A DNA stretch of 19,261 nucleotides from an uncultured Aquificales bacterium (lineage in GTDB: Bacteria > Thermosulfidibacterota > Thermosulfidibacteria > Thermosulfidibacterales > Thermosulfidibacteraceae): contig CAYVOC010000026.1 in NCBI GenBank assembly GCA_964453345.1, positions 1-19,261 of the forward strand. The letters are read 5' to 3'. Below the pieces are notes generated by a model. It ran no database searches. It had not been told where the DNA came from and was given only the letters and a program-made list of their open reading frames with translations. Both the position numbers and the translations under genes were made by a program. Shown here in pieces: positions 17,031 through 19,261 of this stretch. Position 1 is the stretch's first letter. Every line of letters begins with the position of its first letter.

Positions 17031-19261
17031 ATGGGGGAGAAACCCGTAATTATTTGGACCAAGACCGATGAGGCCCCTTATCTTGCCAGCTTCTCACTGC
17101 TTCCCATAGTGAGGCAGTTTGTGAAGCACGCCGGCATCGATGTGGTGGTGAAGGATATATCCGTTGCGGGAAGGATCCTTGCCGCGTTCCCTGAGTATCT
17201 GAAGGAGGATCAGAGAGTTCCCGACGACCTTGCAGAGATCGGAAGGCTTGTGAATGAGCCCGGTTCCAACATCATAAAGCTTCCCAACATCAGCGCCACC
17301 GTTGTTCAGGTGAGGGACGCCATAGCGGAACTCAGGAGAAAGGGCTACATGGTTCCCGAATACCCTGAGGACCCCAAGACCGAAGAGGAGAAAAAGATCA
17401 AGGAGAAATACGACAACCAGATAGTGGGAAGCGTTGTTAACCCCATTATCAGGCAGGGCAACAACATAAGAAGGGTGCCTGAGCCTGTTAAAGAGGCTGC
17501 GAAAAAGGCCCCTGATCTGATGGGACTGCCCCTGAAGCCCTGGTCCAAGGATTCCAAATGTCACGTTTCCTACATGAGCAAGGGTGATTTCTACGAGTCT
17601 GAAAAATCCATCACCTCTGACAAAGATCAGAAGATCAGGATTGAGTTTGTTGATGAAAACGGCAACGTTCAGGTCCTCAAGGAGCTTCAGCTTACAGAGG
17701 GGGAGGTCTTCGACGGTAGCTTCATGAATGTGAAGGAGCTTCAGAAGTTCTTTGAGGAGCAGCTTGAGGATGCCAAAAAGAAGGATGTGCTCTTCTCCCT
17801 GCACCTGAAGGCCACCATGATGAAGGTGTCCGATCCTCCGATCTTTGGATACTGCATAAAGGCGCTGCTCAAGGATGTTTATGAAAAGTATGGCGATCTG
17901 CTTGAGGAGATAGGCTTCAACCCCAACAACGGTCTGGTGGATCTTGAGGAGAAGATGAAAAAACTCCCCGAGGACAAGCGCAAGGAGCTTGAAGCGGCGG
18001 TTAAGGAGGCCTTTGAGAAGGGTCCCAGAATGTATATGGTTGACTCCGACAGGGGAATCACCAACCTGCACGCCCCCAACCTGGTTATCATTGACGCCTC
18101 CATGCCCGTTATCGTGAGGGATGGCGGAAAGGCCTGGGGACCTGACGGCAAGCAGCACGATGCCAAGTGCGTCATCCCTGACAGGAGCTACGCCACTATC
18201 TATGAAGAAATTATAGAGGACTGCAAGAAGAACGGTGCCTTTGACAGAAGGACCATGGGAACCGTCATCAACATCGGTCTGATGGCGATGAAGGCTGAGG
18301 AGTATGGTTCCCACGACAAGACCTTCTTCGCTCCCTCCAACGGAACCTTCAGGGTTGTGGCGGAGGACGGAACCGTTCTCATGGAGCACAAGGTTGAAAA
18401 GGGCGATATCTGGAGGGGATGCCAGGTTAAGGACATAGCTGTAAAAGACTGGGTCAAGCTTGCCGTTGAGCTTGGCAGGAGCACCGGCTACTACGTTGTC
18501 TTCTGGCTGGACAAGAACAGGGCACACCATGCCGAGCTTATTAAGAAGGTGGAAAAGTATCTCAAGGAGCACGACACAAGCGGTATCGATATAAGGATCC
18601 TCAGCCCTGCCGAGGCCATGAAGTTCACCTGCGAGAAGATAAGAAATGGTGAGAATGTGATAGCCGTTACCGGAAATGTCTTGAGGGACTACCTTACGGA
18701 TCTCTTCCCCATTCTGGAGGTGGGAACCAGCGCCAAGATGCTCTCTGTTATTCCCCAGCTTGCAGGCGGAAAGCTCTTTGAGGCCGGTGCCGGTGGTTCC
18801 GCTCCCAAGCATGTCCAGCAGTTCCTGAAGGAGGGGCATCTCAGGTGGGATTCCATTGCGGAGTTCACTGCTTTGGCTGCGTCCATTGAGTTTGCCGCGG
18901 AGCTTTCCGGCAACAAAAAGGCGGCTGTCATGGCGAAGGCGGCCAATGAGGGTATAAAGGGTGTGCTTGAGAACCAGAAGTGGCCCGGCAGGAAGGTGGG
19001 GCAGCTTGACACCAGGGGTGAGCACTTCTACTTCGCCCTCTACTGGTCAAAGGCCCTTGCCGAGCAGAACGAGGATGAGGAACTCAAGAAGGTCTTCAGC
19101 GAGGTTTACAAGAAGCTTTCCGAGAACGAGCAGAAGATAATCGAAGAAATTGCTGCATCCGAGGGCAAGCCTGTGGACATAGACGGCTACTACTTCCCCG
19201 ATGAGGAGAAGGTTGAAAAGGCCATGAGGCCCAGCCCCACCCTCAACGCCATAATAGATAG
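17031..19261 (+). CDS. icd: Monomeric NADP-dependent isocitrate dehydrogenase (3' end truncated by the window edge, nearly complete)
   Basis: Not in the ORF track; translated by hand as an open frame of 743 codons: [16 protein letters not shown]..., [79 protein letters not shown]...HLRWDS, ...[16 protein letters not shown]-determining His/Arg/Arg (A. vinelandii 589/600/649 equivalents) are retained. Confidence 0.97.
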   Translation, partial: MGEKPVIIWTKTDEAPYLASFSLLPIVRQFVKHAGIDVVVKDISVAGRILAAFPEYLKEDQRVPDDLAEIGRLVNEPGSNIIKLPNISATVVQVRDAIAELRRKGYMVPEYPEDPKTEEEKKIKEKYDNQIVGSVVNPIIRQGNNIRRVPEPVKEAAKKAPDLMGLPLKPWSKDSKCHVSYMSKGDFYESEKSITSDKDQKIRIEFVDENGNVQVLKELQLTEGEVFDGSFMNVKELQKFFEEQLEDAKKKDVLFSLHLKATMMKVSDPPIFGYCIKALLKDVYEKYGDLLEEIGFNPNNGLVDLEEKMKKLPEDKRKELEAAVKEAFEKGPRMYMVDSDRGITNLHAPNLVIIDASMPVIVRDGGKAWGPDGKQHDAKCVIPDRSYATIYEEIIEDCKKNGAFDRRTMGTVINIGLMAMKAEEYGSHDKTFFAPSNGTFRVVAEDGTVLMEHKVEKGDIWRGCQVKDIAVKDWVKLAVELGRSTGYYVVFWLDKNRAHHAELIKKVEKYLKEHDTSGIDIRILSPAEAMKFTCEKIRNGENVIAVTGNVLRDYLTDLFPILEVGTSAKMLSVIPQLAGGKLFEAGAGGSAPKHVQQFLKEGHLRWDSIAEFTALAASIEFAAELSGNKKAAVMAKAANEGIKGVLENQKWPGRKVGQLDTRGEHFYFALYWSKALAEQNEDEELKKVFSEVYKKLSENEQKIIEEIAASEGKPVDIDGYYFPDEEKVEKAMRPSPTLNAIID

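Noticed and set aside
17094..19025. 643-aa minus-strand ORF
   Set aside because: Antisense shadow of icd, which has all family motifs and a strong RBS. The shadow has no recognisable motifs and arises from codon bias.
1..19261. CRISPR arrays, tRNA/rRNA, IS/prophage or defence genes
   Set aside because: The window is almost entirely coding with only two intergenic gaps of about 90-110 bp. No spaced direct repeats, RNA-gene signatures, transposase or integrase motifs were seen.

Overview
Gene-dense chromosomal segment from a probable Gram-negative (lpxA), thermophilic, low-oxygen bacterium; this is inferred from heavy AGG/AGA/ATA codon use, Glu/Lys-rich proteins and several O2-sensitive Fe-S enzyme variants. 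A 107-bp AT-rich divergent promoter region (7392-7498) separates two tightly packed gene runs. The leftward run is a divergent FabF-like ketosynthase, a NUDIX hydrolase, purF, uvrC, hslO and a CLC-CBS protein. The rightward run is an unknown membrane-anchored protein, an orphan DppD/OppD ATPase, sufC/sufB-like smsC-smsB, a transketolase-family enzyme, a CoA-disulfide/persulfide reductase, lpxA, a gnnA-like dehydrogenase and mnmA. A separately promoted monomeric NADP-isocitrate dehydrogenase starts at 17031 and runs off the window edge, so it is missing from the ORF track. I saw no RNA genes, CRISPR arrays or mobile elements. The window is mostly housekeeping and I cannot demonstrate a new system. 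The best leads are a desulfurase-less minimal SUF (SMS) pair among Fe-S clients and a sulfur oxidoreductase, an orphan divergent ketosynthase, an lpxA-gnnA pair with unusual active-site substitutions, the unknown lead gene, and variant motifs plus Rex-like boxes at icd. Reference residue numbers for known enzymes are recalled and aligned by eye.
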